Origin: a virus
Lineage: Duplodnaviria > Caudoviricetes
IMG/VR virus record: IMGVR_UViG_3300049012_000007
Span: 1 to 42,199 of that record
Length of the DNA stretch: 42,199 nt
Direction: 5' to 3' (one strand)
Within the stretch, counting starts at the first letter, position 1; every line of letters starts with the position of its first letter. Positions 1 to 8,610 of this stretch are shown here, in pieces. A program made the position numbers and the translations under genes. The notes below the pieces were generated by a model. It had not been told where the DNA came from and did no database searches. It saw only the letters and a program-made list of their open reading frames with translations.

Positions 1-126
1 CTGACCAAATTTTGTCAGTATTGACGCATCCTGATATACTCAAGACGATTACAGAAAGCGATAGTTCGAATTTACACATTGACCCGCAGGCCTCGTGCTT
101 TATAGCTTGCACCGTAGATTATGAAC
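1..126. repeat. Terminal direct repeat (copy 1); circularisation overlap
   Basis: 1-126 is identical to 42073-42198; base 127 (T) differs from 42199 (C). Confidence 0.95.
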
Positions 127-440
127 TATCCGCTGTTTTTATTTTCGACAAGATAGGCGCTTGCGTATGTGACATACATGCTCATGTGCTACCAGCCAAA
201 AGACCACACTCCAAAGACATCGGCGCTGCAATACTCAGTCATTTTTTTGACGTTGCGCCTTGGGCTGCAAAACTCACTGCCTTAATTCCTGTTTGCTATC
301 CAAACGTAATCGCTTACGCACATCAGTTTGGATTCATCAACGAGGGCGTTAACCGGCAAAGCTATTTATTCCAAGGTGATTTGATAGACCAAGCTTACCT
401 TGGCGCAACCAAAGATGAGGTTCTCAATGGGTTGGGTTAA
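12..440 (+). CDS. P22 gp14-like / GNAT-fold virion assembly protein, 3' part (true start at 42039, across the junction)
   Basis: In frame with ATG at 42039 (MERIVAFRTFDTDQILSVLTHP); GNAT-like 'FGFINEGVNRQSY'; lies between gp26-like and gp7-like genes. Confidence 0.7.
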   Translation: MSVLTHPDILKTITESDSSNLHIDPQASCFIACTVDYELSAVFIFDKIGACVCDIHAHVLPAKRPHSKDIGAAILSHFFDVAPWAAKLTALIPVCYPNVIAYAHQFGFINEGVNRQSYLFQGDLIDQAYLGATKDEVLNGLG

Positions 441-2658
441 AGATACGTTTTTCGGCGGTGCTGAAAAGGATGCTGCAAAACAGCAGATTGCCGCTGGCGA
501 CCGCGCAATGGCTACTCAAAAAGAGTACTACAACCAAGCGCGCAACGACATCATGCAATTGTTCCCGCAGGCTTACCAAGGGCTGCAGACATCCTATCAG
601 CAAGCAATCGACCAAATCGGCGCTGGGAAAGCGTCATCTGCTGACATTCTCAAGCAGGCATTTAACCAATCTAACCAAATCCAGCAAAGCGGCTCCAATG
701 CTGCTATTTCCGCTCTACTAGGGAGACCGCAGCAAATGCAATTACCACAAGCAATGCCACAACCTGTTGCTCAAACGATGCAATCTAAAAACATGTTTCA
801 GACCGGCGTGGCTCCGACAGGCTTGCGCAGCGGTCAGATGATGCAGACTAATCAAATGATGCAGCCTGGACAGGTTGGCGTGTTAGGCGGCGGCTACTCC
901 ACCGGCATGAAATCACCAGATGGCGGTCAGTTTGAAAACTTCGGCGGCGCATCACCGCAGCAGATGATGCAAACAGGCGTGACTGGCACTGTCGGAATGT
1001 CAAATCCGAATGCTCCAACAATGACAACCGGTCAAGGCTTCAATGCTCCATTGGCGCAGACACAAAACCTTGGTGCAACTCCGCAAGTGCAAAACAATGT
1101 TGATATGTCAGGCATCGGTTTGTCCGGTGCCGAATCAGCATTAAACGCAGGTATGCAAGGTCAGTTAAACGCACTGCAAGGCGGCTCGCAGCAAGCGCAA
1201 GGTACGTTACAGCAAACTCTAGGCGGTCAGCTTGGCTCTTTGCGTGGCGGCTTTGGCGGCGCTGAGGAAGCGTTAAACGCATACGGCTCGCAAGCGCTAG
1301 GTGCGGCTCAGCAAGGCTTTAACCAAGGGCGCGGTGATTTGGCTGGCGCATTAGGTGCGGCGCAAGGTTCAATCGGTCAAGGTATTGGTCTACTGGCAAA
1401 TGCTCAGAATCAAGGACTTGGCCGGATTGACCAGTCTACCGGTCAGGCTGTTAATTACCTGAACCCATACGCAAGCACAGGTCAGGAAGCTCAGCAGCGT
1501 GAAGCGGCATTATCTGGCGCTTTAGGTGGTGCAGCTCAACAGCAAGCGCTTCAGGATTTCCAAGAATCTCCAGGTCAAAAGTTCCTGCGTGAACGTCAAG
1601 AGCAGGCATTACTGCGAAACGCATCAGCCACTGGAGGATTGCGTGGCGGCTCTACGCTGTCAGCACTGCAAGAGCAGGCGTCAGGCATTGCGGCACAACA
1701 ACAACAGCAACAGCTTGAAAACATGCGCAACATCGCACAGCGCGGTCAACAGGCAGCAACACAACAAGGTCAGTTCAGCCAAACAGGCGGTATCAGTGGC
1801 GCTAACTTAATCGGGCAGATTGCCGGTCAACAAGCTGGTTTGCTCGGCCAACAAGCAGGCATGCAAGCCAACACCGGTTCTCAAATGGCTAATCTTGCAG
1901 CACAGGGCGGTCAGTTTGCTGGCAACGCACTGAACAACTTAGGCAGTCAAGTAAGTGGCCTGCGCTCAGGTTTGGGCCAGTTAGAATCCGGCGCTATCGG
2001 AAACGCCGGTGGGAATGTCGCAAACCTGCAAAACCAGCTTGGCGGCAACGCTGCAAACGTGTTTGGCAATACGTCAAACAACTTGGCTGGTCTACGCTCG
2101 CAGGCAGGTCAACAAGTTGCTGGTCAACTGAACAACCAAACCAACCAGCTGTCAAACAACCAACTCAACTTAGGCCAGTTGCTGGCTGGTTTAGACACCG
2201 GCACAGCATCACAACTTGCCAACCTGTTAACGTCAGGCGGCACAGCTGGCTCGCAAAACCAAATGAACTTGGCAACGCTGCTGGCTAACTTGGCAACAGG
2301 GCAAGGCTCTAACCTGTCTCAAATTCAAATCGGTCAAGGTAACGCTCAGGCTGGCGGAACAATTGGCAGTGCCGGCGGTGCGCGTGAAGGAGTAGGTACA
2401 GCAACCAACATTCTTGGCTCCCTATTCTCTGACGAGCGCTTCAAAGACAACATCACGCCACTAGCTGATGGCCCTATCGGTCTGTTTGCGTGGACTTGGA
2501 AGCATATTAAAGAAATTCCAGAGTCATTGCGCGGCGCTTGGTCAGTCGGTGTTATTGCGCAAGAAGTCCAAGAGAAATACCCAGATTGCGTAGTAGAGCG
2601 CAGCGGCTTCCTTGCTGTAGACTATGCTAAGTTATCTCAGGAGGTGGCAAATGTTTGA
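427..2658 (+). CDS. DNA ejection (pilot) protein, gp7-like, Gln/Gly-rich, with C-terminal Peptidase_S74-type intramolecular chaperone domain
   Basis: GAGG RBS at 417-420; 'FQESPGQKFLRERQEQALLRNASATGGLRGGSTLSAL' pilot-type motif; C-terminal 'SDERFKDNI...GVIAQEVQ...VDYAKL'. Confidence 0.75.
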   Translation: MGWVKDTFFGGAEKDAAKQQIAAGDRAMATQKEYYNQARNDIMQLFPQAYQGLQTSYQQAIDQIGAGKASSADILKQAFNQSNQIQQSGSNAAISALLGRPQQMQLPQAMPQPVAQTMQSKNMFQTGVAPTGLRSGQMMQTNQMMQPGQVGVLGGGYSTGMKSPDGGQFENFGGASPQQMMQTGVTGTVGMSNPNAPTMTTGQGFNAPLAQTQNLGATPQVQNNVDMSGIGLSGAESALNAGMQGQLNALQGGSQQAQGTLQQTLGGQLGSLRGGFGGAEEALNAYGSQALGAAQQGFNQGRGDLAGALGAAQGSIGQGIGLLANAQNQGLGRIDQSTGQAVNYLNPYASTGQEAQQREAALSGALGGAAQQQALQDFQESPGQKFLRERQEQALLRNASATGGLRGGSTLSALQEQASGIAAQQQQQQLENMRNIAQRGQQAATQQGQFSQTGGISGANLIGQIAGQQAGLLGQQAGMQANTGSQMANLAAQGGQFAGNALNNLGSQVSGLRSGLGQLESGAIGNAGGNVANLQNQLGGNAANVFGNTSNNLAGLRSQAGQQVAGQLNNQTNQLSNNQLNLGQLLAGLDTGTASQLANLLTSGGTAGSQNQMNLATLLANLATGQGSNLSQIQIGQGNAQAGGTIGSAGGAREGVGTATNILGSLFSDERFKDNITPLADGPIGLFAWTWKHIKEIPESLRGAWSVGVIAQEVQEKYPDCVVERSGFLAVDYAKLSQEVANV

Positions 2659-3889
2659 AACCGGATTTTACAATCAAGGGCGAGGTCTAGAGTCTGGGCT
2701 TCGCGCAGGCGCAGCAATCGGCAACACCATTCAAAATGTGCAGTCTGGCAACGCCGTAAAACAAGCAGCTGCACGCATCCAAGCAGGCGAAGACCAGCAA
2801 AAAGTCATTAGTGAGCTGATGTCGCAATCTCCGCAAGCTGCACAGCAACTAATGAACCTGGTTCGCGGTCAGCAAGATGTCGATGCTGGCGTGCAAGAGG
2901 TCAATGCGCTTAAGCAAAAAGTCGGAATGCAGACACTGCAAACCGCAGCCCTGCCAATCTTCGGCGCATTAATGACAGATGACGACAAAGCGCGTGGTGC
3001 GTTATTAAACGAATCCGCTGCAGTGTTTGAAAAGCAATCACCAGAGACCGCCAATATCATTCGCCAGCTTGGCACAATGAAGGGTCAGCAGCAATTCGAC
3101 GCGATTGGCGGATTGGTTAAAACCCTTCGAAATGCCGGTGTGTTTCCTGATGATCCAACTCAGCTTGGTCAAGGCACGGCGCTAGGTCAAAACCTTTCTC
3201 TGTACGACCAAGCAATTGCTGCCGGTGACACTGACAGAGCTGAGCTGATTAAGCGCAACATCGACCCATACTCCCGATCATTCTCTGGCGGCATGGGTGC
3301 TGGTGAAGCACGATTAGCCACAGAGCAAGGGTTAAACCCTATCCTTGGACAGCGTGAAGCGGTAAAAACGCAAGCGGTTGAGGGTACGGCAACAGGTCAA
3401 GCTGAACTGCAACAGAAGCAGCAGACAGTAGCAAAAGGCGAGCGAGAAACCGCAGAAGCCGCAAGAGGGAAAGAAAACGCTGTAGCGTCTATTAATCAAC
3501 AGCTGCAGCAACTTAACTCACTAGGTAAACATCCTGGATTCGAATCTGCTGTCGGATTCTCAAGTTACGCGCCATCTATTCGTGGCGGGGCTGCATACGA
3601 CTTTGAGCGACAGTTAGAGAAATTTGACGCACAATCATTTATGGCAATGATTCCAAACCTGTCAGGCATGGGCGCACTGTCTAACGCTGAAGGTGAGAAA
3701 GTATCGGCTGCATTGTCAGCGCTTCGCACCGGCATGTCAGAAGAAGAGTTCAAGCGCGAGATGGGAGTTATTCAAAACACGCTTATGCAAGCCCGTGACC
3801 GCATAAAAGCGGGCAACCTGTTAAAGCCTGAGCAGCAGTCATCTCAACAGCCTGCATCAGTTGGTCGCTTTAAAATCGAGGTTCAGTAA
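2651..3889 (+). CDS. DNA ejection protein, gp20-like position
   Basis: GAGGTG RBS before ATG 2651; helical Ala/Gln-rich sequence; 'GALSNAEG' motif; synteny. Confidence 0.6.
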   Translation: MFETGFYNQGRGLESGLRAGAAIGNTIQNVQSGNAVKQAAARIQAGEDQQKVISELMSQSPQAAQQLMNLVRGQQDVDAGVQEVNALKQKVGMQTLQTAALPIFGALMTDDDKARGALLNESAAVFEKQSPETANIIRQLGTMKGQQQFDAIGGLVKTLRNAGVFPDDPTQLGQGTALGQNLSLYDQAIAAGDTDRAELIKRNIDPYSRSFSGGMGAGEARLATEQGLNPILGQREAVKTQAVEGTATGQAELQQKQQTVAKGERETAEAARGKENAVASINQQLQQLNSLGKHPGFESAVGFSSYAPSIRGGAAYDFERQLEKFDAQSFMAMIPNLSGMGALSNAEGEKVSAALSALRTGMSEEEFKREMGVIQNTLMQARDRIKAGNLLKPEQQSSQQPASVGRFKIEVQ

Positions 3890-5745
3890 TGCCTACATAC
3901 AAAGTCACCGACCCAGCGACAGGGCGCACAGTAAAGCTAACCGGAGATTCTCCACCGACAGAGCAAGAGCTTGAGGAAATATTTGCTTCTTTGTCGAAAA
4001 TGGAACAGCCACAAACTCAGCCGGTAGATGATGGCGGCGAGCCGTCATTGTCAATGTTTGAAAAGCCAGCACAGCCAATGCAAAAGCCAGAAGAGTCTTT
4101 GGCGGATAAAGCGATTGGCGTTGGTGAGTCAGCTTTGTCGATTGGATCCGGTTTAACTACTGGTGCTGCTGGCGGATTGATTGGGACTATTGAAGGTATC
4201 GCTCAAGCTGTGCGAGAAGGAAAGATTGGCGAGCCTGAAGCGCAGCAAATCATTCAACAGAGAATGGCTGAAGGTGCTCAGGCTGGAACATACATGCCGC
4301 GCACAGAAACAGGGCAAAACATTGTAAAAGGCGTTGGTGAGGCGCTAGGCGCATTACCTCCAGTTATTGCAGGGTTTTCACCAGCTCAAGCTGCAGGTGC
4401 ATCACAAGCGCTAGGCGCTACTGCGCAGGCTGCTCGCGGATTAATGCCGCAATCTTCGCCAAAGGCAATGCAAGGCTTATCAGTTGGAGCTGCAGAGGTT
4501 CCTGTTGAGCAAGTAAGGCTGCAGCAAGCCGCAGAGCTTCCTGTGCCGATAAAGCTAACCAAAGGACAGGCTGGAAAGGATTTTGAGCAGCAGAGATTCG
4601 AGCGTGAAACTGCAAAGGCTAACGAGGTAGGCGACCCACTTCGTCAGCGATACTCTGAACAGAATATGCAGCTGCAGCAAAACCTAGACGCCTTCATCGA
4701 TTCCACCGGCACAGAATTGCCAGAAACAAATTACATGCTTGAAACTGGCAGGATGGTTGACAATGCTATTCGCTCACGCGCAGCCACAGATAAGAATCGT
4801 ATCCGGCAAGCATACAAGGATGCAGAAAAAGCTGGTGAAATGGCATCTCCGGTCAATATGTCTCCACTTGCAGAATACCTAAACGAAAATAGAGCTGGTA
4901 GAACATCAGCGCCAATTATGAAAACTATTGCTGATGAACTGGAAGTTCAAGGCGTTGGCGCTGGCAGGATAGATGATGGCTCTTTGCAGCTTGGAGAATT
5001 AACGCTTGGTCAGGCTGAAAAGCTAAGACAAACAATCAACAAGTTTGCCAAAGATAACGACCCTAACGATTTGCGCGTTGCCTCAGAAATGAAAGGCATT
5101 ATCGACGGTGTTACCGAGTCAGCTGGTGGAGATGCTTACCGCAGAGCCAGAACGCTGCGCAGGCAGTATGCGAATCAATATGAAAACATCGGCATCATCC
5201 GTGACATTATTGGCAAGAAGCGTGGCTCAGATGATCGCAAAATTGCCACCGAAAACATTGTCAATAAAGCAGTGTTTGGCGGCACTGTGGACGAATTGAA
5301 GTCAGTTCGTAAAACACTGCAGACGCAAGGTCAGGAAGGCATGGCAGCATGGAAAGAAATACAAGCTGCAACACTTCGACAAATCCGAGATGAAGCAACA
5401 AAGAATATGCAGCGAGACCAAAACGGCAATCCAATTGTATCGGCTGCAGGACTTAACCGCATCGTCAGCTCTCTTGATAAAAACGGAAAGCTGGTAAACT
5501 TGTTTGGCGCAAAAGGCGCTGAACAGGTTAGGCTGTTAAACGATGTAGCAAAAGACATTTTGATTTCACAGCCTGGCACAGTGAACAGCAGTAACACTTC
5601 GACAGCCCTGCTTGCAGCTCTGGAGATGGGTACTTATGGTGGGCCATTTGTATCTGTGCTAAAGTTTGCGCGTGACAAGGTGAAAGACCGAGCAATCAAA
5701 AACCGCGTTGAGCGTGCGCTTAACGTGTCGGAGCGTGAAAAATGA
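3889..5745 (+). CDS. Large DNA ejection protein, gp16-like position
   Basis: 618 aa; N-terminal 'MPTYKVTDPATGRTVKLTGDSPPTEQELEEIF' typical of podovirus ejection proteins; TAATG coupling. Confidence 0.6.
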   Translation: MPTYKVTDPATGRTVKLTGDSPPTEQELEEIFASLSKMEQPQTQPVDDGGEPSLSMFEKPAQPMQKPEESLADKAIGVGESALSIGSGLTTGAAGGLIGTIEGIAQAVREGKIGEPEAQQIIQQRMAEGAQAGTYMPRTETGQNIVKGVGEALGALPPVIAGFSPAQAAGASQALGATAQAARGLMPQSSPKAMQGLSVGAAEVPVEQVRLQQAAELPVPIKLTKGQAGKDFEQQRFERETAKANEVGDPLRQRYSEQNMQLQQNLDAFIDSTGTELPETNYMLETGRMVDNAIRSRAATDKNRIRQAYKDAEKAGEMASPVNMSPLAEYLNENRAGRTSAPIMKTIADELEVQGVGAGRIDDGSLQLGELTLGQAEKLRQTINKFAKDNDPNDLRVASEMKGIIDGVTESAGGDAYRRARTLRRQYANQYENIGIIRDIIGKKRGSDDRKIATENIVNKAVFGGTVDELKSVRKTLQTQGQEGMAAWKEIQAATLRQIRDEATKNMQRDQNGNPIVSAAGLNRIVSSLDKNGKLVNLFGAKGAEQVRLLNDVAKDILISQPGTVNSSNTSTALLAALEMGTYGGPFVSVLKFARDKVKDRAIKNRVERALNVSEREK

Positions 5746-5810
5746 CAATCACAGGTTTTGCTATTTTTATCTGCCTATTGGTAGCTTTAAGATTTTTTGA
5801 GGGTCGCTAA
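5742..5810 (+). CDS. 22-aa hydrophobic peptide (MTITGFAIFICLLVALRFFEGR)
   Basis: ATGA overlap with the upstream stop; fills the intergenic gap; not in the ORF track. Confidence 0.45.
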   Translation: MTITGFAIFICLLVALRFFEGR

Positions 5811-5812
5811 TA

Positions 5813-6697
5813 ATGCCACGCTACATATCACCACAACCACAGTATTTTACTGACTTAGGTTTGCCGCTCACCGGTGGCAAACTTTACTTTTATGAGCCGT
5901 CCACGCTGGTTCCGAAGAACACGTACAGCAACACGGCTTTAACCATTGCAAACTCAAACCCGATTATCCTGGCGACAAACGGCAGTCCATCAACTGACAT
6001 CTGGTTAAATGGCGTTTATCGCGTCCGGTTGTTTGATGCAATTGGCAATCTGCTGTGGGATAAAGACCCTGTAGGCGGCGATTCTGGTAGTTTAATCGCC
6101 TACTCAGATTGGGCAAGCGGTATTGAATATCCTGTCGGCGAAATCGTCACCGGCTCAAATGGTCGCTATTACGTTGCAATCCTTAGCCCTAACGTTGGTC
6201 AGAATCCAGTTTCATCGCCGGCGTATTGGTCTGAGACTCGTTTGCTTCGTGTTTACAACGCAAACGAAACCTATCAGATTGGCACTGTAGTTCAGGACTC
6301 TAACGGATTTTTATGGAAAGCTAAAGCGTTAACCGCTGGCAGTGCTCCTGCGTTAGGTTCTGCGTTTTGGGATCCAGCTGTTGACGGCATTGACGAGCTA
6401 AACCGGCTTACCGCGCCAACCAATATCACCGGCGCTGTAACTCTGGCAAAGTCGATGTATTACCGCATCACGGACTCGCTGGTTAAAACACTTCCGGCAG
6501 TTGCTACGGTCGCCATTAACGAGCCAATCTATCTGATTAAAGACCCTGCGCAGTCTCCAAACGTTGCGGCGCAAACAGGTGAGAAGATTAGGATTGGCAA
6601 AGACCCAACATCAACACAGCTGTTTGACAACTTCAATTTTAACGTAAACACATCCATTACGCTTGTAAGCAATGGCACAGAGTGGGAGCTTAGTTAA
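5813..6697 (+). CDS. Tail fibre/adaptor: head-binding-like N-terminus plus two CBM5/12-like repeats
   Basis: 'QYFTDLGLPLTGGKLYFYEPST..KNTY' virion-anchor motif; repeats 'WASGIEYPVGEIV...NPVSSPAYW' and 'YNANETYQIGTVV...APALGSAFW'. Confidence 0.7.
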   Translation: MPRYISPQPQYFTDLGLPLTGGKLYFYEPSTLVPKNTYSNTALTIANSNPIILATNGSPSTDIWLNGVYRVRLFDAIGNLLWDKDPVGGDSGSLIAYSDWASGIEYPVGEIVTGSNGRYYVAILSPNVGQNPVSSPAYWSETRLLRVYNANETYQIGTVVQDSNGFLWKAKALTAGSAPALGSAFWDPAVDGIDELNRLTAPTNITGAVTLAKSMYYRITDSLVKTLPAVATVAINEPIYLIKDPAQSPNVAAQTGEKIRIGKDPTSTQLFDNFNFNVNTSITLVSNGTEWELS

Positions 6698-7113
6698 TGG
6701 CTACGGCAGATTTAAAACTTATTTACGGTAGCGGCGGCGGCGATTTAAACCCGTCATTTTTCAGTGGCCCATTGCAGATTGCTTCAGGCTCTACCGGCAC
6801 ATTACTTACTTTGACAGCTCCTGCAGGGAAGTTGGTTAGATTGACTGGATTGATTTCTGCAGCAACTAGCGAGGCAAATATCACCATTGTTCGTGATGGT
6901 GTAACGGTTGTAACTGCATTGACATTGGCAGCGACAAGCGGCCCTTCCGTTGTTGGTGAGTTTGTTGTTGGAGCTAATATGTCAAACACCCCAACATCTG
7001 CAGGGAGTGGAGTTGGCATTCTTCCGTTCGTACAAGGCTCTGTGATTGTCATTTCAAAATCAGGCGGCTCGACTGCAAGCATTATCAACTACTCATATGT
7101 GTACGGTGACTAG
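6697..7113 (+). CDS. Beta-rich tail-fibre-associated protein
   Basis: 138 aa, Gly/Ser/Thr-rich; TAATG coupling to the fibre gene. Confidence 0.55.
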   Translation: MATADLKLIYGSGGGDLNPSFFSGPLQIASGSTGTLLTLTAPAGKLVRLTGLISAATSEANITIVRDGVTVVTALTLAATSGPSVVGEFVVGANMSNTPTSAGSGVGILPFVQGSVIVISKSGGSTASIINYSYVYGD

Positions 7114-7114
7114 C

Positions 7115-7243
7115 ATGTACCAATACTATGACGAGACTTTGGGAAAGTGGGTCAACGGCAAGCCAACAAAAACAGGCCAGCTGTATCGATACACTGATGC
7201 GGCTGGAGGTATTGTTGAATCGTACTGGGTTGAGCCGGAATGA
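7115..7243 (+). CDS. Small protein (MYQYYDETLGKW...), possibly fibre-assembly related
   Basis: ATG 7115 directly follows the previous stop; ATGA overlap with endolysin. Confidence 0.55.
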   Translation: MYQYYDETLGKWVNGKPTKTGQLYRYTDAAGGIVESYWVEPE

Positions 7244-7593
7244 GCTACTTCAGTGATTCTGAAACGATGTGCCGATGTGGTTGCGGAATGAATATCACTA
7301 GGCAGCTTTTGATTAAGCTGAATGAGGCGCGGGAGGTTTCTGCGGTGCCGTTTGTAATCACTTCTGGCGCACGATGTGTATCGCACAATAGAAGTGTAGG
7401 CGGCACACCGAATAGCTCGCATATACGCGGGTTGGCTGTAGATATTGCGTGCCCTAGTAGTCAAGCAAGGTTTGCAATCTTAAAAGGTCTTTACGCCGCT
7501 GGATTTCGTCGAATTGGCTACAATCAGGCTAAAAACTTCTTCCACTGCGACATTGACGAATCATTGACGCAAGATGTGTTTTTCGAGTATTAA
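7240..7593 (+). CDS. Endolysin, peptidase M15 family (Zn peptidase)
   Basis: 'CRCGCG', 'ITSGARC..HN..VGG...SSH..GLAVDI' and 'FFHCDI' motifs. Confidence 0.9.
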   Translation: MSYFSDSETMCRCGCGMNITRQLLIKLNEAREVSAVPFVITSGARCVSHNRSVGGTPNSSHIRGLAVDIACPSSQARFAILKGLYAAGFRRIGYNQAKNFFHCDIDESLTQDVFFEY

Positions 7594-7595
7594 GC

Positions 7596-7856
7596 ATGAC
7601 TTGGCTAGAGGCGATAGATAACGTGTTTGGCTTCATGGTTAAGCAGCCATTGCACATTACGCTGCGCCAGATGCGTATAGTGCCGGTTGGCTTGATTATA
7701 AGCTCTCAACTGCTCCTGTGGGAGATTGTACGAATGCTTAAAATACTAGATCCAACTCAGGCGGCTATGGCGTATAGTGCCATCGGTCTAGCTTTGATTA
7801 CAAGCATTTGGCAAGGGTTAAAGCATATAACCGATAGCACTTCAAAAGACGATTAA
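7596..7856 (+). CDS. Putative holin
   Basis: 86 aa, two hydrophobic segments, charged C-terminus, adjacent to endolysin. Confidence 0.6.
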   Translation: MTWLEAIDNVFGFMVKQPLHITLRQMRIVPVGLIISSQLLLWEIVRMLKILDPTQAAMAYSAIGLALITSIWQGLKHITDSTSKDD

Positions 7857-8434
7857 GAGTATTTTCTGATTAGAGCCTCGGCAACTCTTTTGTCTGTTTT
7901 CATTGCTGCGATCAATTTAGCATGTTGCAGCTTTCTTCTCTTCCAAGCCATGTGAGCATCACGCTCAAAAAGAAAAAGACCAAGATACTCATTTTCACCA
8001 GTAAAAGGGTTCGAGCAACGAGATCTAAATTTGTTACACTGAGCGTGCTTATCAGTGCCAATTAAATATTTTCCTCTGCCATTTTTGTAATCATTGGCAA
8101 AGGTGTTTGTCAGAGGGCTTATAAATACGCATGTCTCAGGTGAGTAAATCTTGTTGCCTTCAAACAATATATCTTTGTCTAAATGCTTGCCTTGCCAATC
8201 TTGCTTTTCCATCCATGACCTAAACTTACTGAATGTCAACCACTCATTGCAGACTGAGCAGCCTTCGTATGTTGGGTTTTTAATTAACCATTTTTTACTA
8301 TGACACCTCTCTATCATGCCAGACCACGATGCGTAAAACGGGCAACAAGACTGCGCGTTTGCTGGTCCGCTTTTTACTGCATAATCAGCGTCGTTTACTC
8401 CAAATCCATAAACAAGCTTATTTTTAGCTCTCAT
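7853..8434 (-). CDS. HNH-type (His-Me finger) homing endonuclease with C-terminal AP2-like DNA-binding domain
   Basis: 'WSGMIERC...YEGCSVCNEWLTFSKF..WM...LDKDIL...KIYSPETCVF'; 'YLGLF..ERDAHMAW'; inverted inside the lysis cassette. Confidence 0.8.
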   Translation of the reverse strand: MRAKNKLVYGFGVNDADYAVKSGPANAQSCCPFYASWSGMIERCHSKKWLIKNPTYEGCSVCNEWLTFSKFRSWMEKQDWQGKHLDKDILFEGNKIYSPETCVFISPLTNTFANDYKNGRGKYLIGTDKHAQCNKFRSRCSNPFTGENEYLGLFLFERDAHMAWKRRKLQHAKLIAAMKTDKRVAEALIRKYS

Positions 8435-8443
8435 AAAAACCTC

Positions 8444-8568
8444 AAAAAATTAAACCCGCAGATAGTTAGGAATGGACTGTAGCAAGTCACCTATCGCGGG
8501 TTCAAAATCGTGCTACCTGTCTTCGGCTTTTAGCCTGCAATCAATTCGGTTCCTACGCCTATTTGATT
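8444..8568 (-). ncRNA. Structured leader RNA resembling P1 C4 / P4 CI antisense-RNA architecture
   Basis: Long stem 8453-8465/8491-8502 displays UGCUAC (loop) and UUCCUA (bulge), complementary to upstream GUAGCA (8516-8511) and UAGGAA (8555-8550); U-rich tail follows. Confidence 0.6.
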
Positions 8569-8573
8569 AGTCT

Positions 8574-8602
8574 ATAATAGTCCAATGGCTACACCGGAGC
8601 AA
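8574..8602 (-). promoter_or_regulatory. Sigma70-type promoter for the HNH cassette
   Basis: TTGCTC (8602-8597), 17 bp, TATTAT (8579-8574). Confidence 0.65.
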
Positions 8603-8610
8603 CATAAAAG

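Noticed and set aside
8452-8520. Possible tRNA (GGTTCAAA resembles a T-loop)
   Set aside because: No T-stem, acceptor stem or CCA; the pairing is better explained by the minus-strand leader structure
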